From Alphaproteobacteria bacterium (GTDB lineage: Bacteria > Pseudomonadota > Alphaproteobacteria > SHVZ01): a stretch of DNA of 64,000 nt. The translations under genes were made by a program, and so were the position numbers. Shown in pieces: positions 63,185 to 64,000 of this stretch. The notes beneath the pieces are model-generated. The model made no database searches. It was given only the letters and a program-made list of their open reading frames with translations, and was not told where the DNA came from. Location: assembly GCA_016869285.1 (NCBI GenBank), contig VGEN01000003.1, positions 150 to 64,149 of the forward strand. The letters run 5' to 3'. Positions within the stretch are counted from its first letter, which is position 1. Each line of letters begins with the position of its first letter.

Positions 63185-64000
63185 ATCGGCGCAATATTGG
63201 TTCCGTCGCGGAACCACGCCTCCAGGGTACGGATCGTCAGCGCCACGGCATCATCCGAGGTCTCATGGGTCGAGCCGGCGCGGTGCGGCGTCAGCACGAC
63301 ATTGTCGAGCGCGAGGAGTCGCGGCGGCACCGCCGGCTCGCCGTCGAGGACGTCAAGCCCGGCGCCCCACAGCTTGTCAGCGGCTAGCGCTTCAATCAGG
63401 GCTTCCTGGTCGATGATCGAGCCGCGGCCGATATTGACGACGACTCCGTGCGGCGGCAGCGCAGCCAGAACAGCGGCATTCACGAGATGGCGGGTCTCCG
63501 CGCCGCCGGGCGCGGCGATGACGAGATGGTCGCTCATGGCCGCAAGCGCGCGCACGCTTTCGGCATAGCGATAGGGCACATCCGAGCGCCTGCGGCGGTT
63601 GTGATAGGCGACGCTCATGCGAAAGCCCTCGGCGCGCTTGGCGATTGCGAGACCGATGCTGCCGAGCCCGAGGATGCCGAGCCGCTTGGCGGTAACGCGG
63701 TTGACGAACGGGAAGGGCTGCTTACCCCACTTGCCGGCCCGCACGAAGCGGTCGCCCCGCGTCGTGCCGCGTGCGACATCGAGCAGCAATGCCATCGCCA
63801 TGTCGGCCACGCACTCATCGGCAAGGCCGGCGAGATTGGCAGCGGCAAGGCCGGCAGCCTTGAGCGTGGGCAGGTCGAGCTGGTCGTAGCCGATGCCGAG
63901 ATTGAGGACGAAACGGAGGGCCGGCAGCATCGCCGGCGTCCGTGCGCCGATCTTGTTGGCGGCGATGATGACGGCGGTCCGCTGCCTGACATCGGCGGGC
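63181..64000 (-). CDS. D-2-hydroxyacid dehydrogenase family protein, 5' end beyond window
   Basis: [30 protein letters not shown] and LTPHRAGST; the frame stays open to the window edge. Confidence 0.9.
   Translation of the reverse strand, partial: PADVRQRTAVIIAANKIGARTPAMLPALRFVLNLGIGYDQLDLPTLKAAGLAAANLAGLADECVADMAMALLLDVARGTTRGDRFVRAGKWGKQPFPFVNRVTAKRLGILGLGSIGLAIAKRAEGFRMSVAYHNRRRRSDVPYRYAESVRALAAMSDHLVIAAPGGAETRHLVNAAVLAALPPHGVVVNIGRGSIIDQEALIEALAADKLWGAGLDVLDGEPAVPPRLLALDNVVLTPHRAGSTHETSDDAVALTIRTLEAWFRDGTNIAPI

Overview
This is a GC-rich alphaproteobacterial chromosomal segment; the assignment rests on gene content, recG-sdhE-mfd and proS-lolE-lolD synteny, and a GAAC-N7-GAAC LexA box. 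It holds about 55 protein-coding genes. I found no rRNA, tRNA, CRISPR array, integrase or transposase. Core genes are proS, lolE/lolD, recG, sdhE, mfd, uvrA, hutH and hutU. Between them lie catabolic and transport modules: three tandem amidases (two with an apparent fused AtzG/GatC-like C-terminal module) with a PhyH dioxygenase, amidohydrolase, creatininase and two RidA-family paralogues; two incomplete peptide/nickel ABC operons plus an orphan binding protein; sugar-acid enzymes; an ABC importer preceded by a near-consensus Pho box; a TPR-glycosyltransferase / 'sporadic carbohydrate cluster' islet; a vapBC pair; and a divergent PIG-L deacetylase / ArgH-like lyase pair. Three single-base anomalies are visible: a +1 frameshift in a racemase-like gene, an in-frame TAG in the glycosyltransferase, and an ACG where the vapB start codon is expected. 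Each could be biological or a consensus error. All family assignments come from motif recognition by eye; no database search was run.
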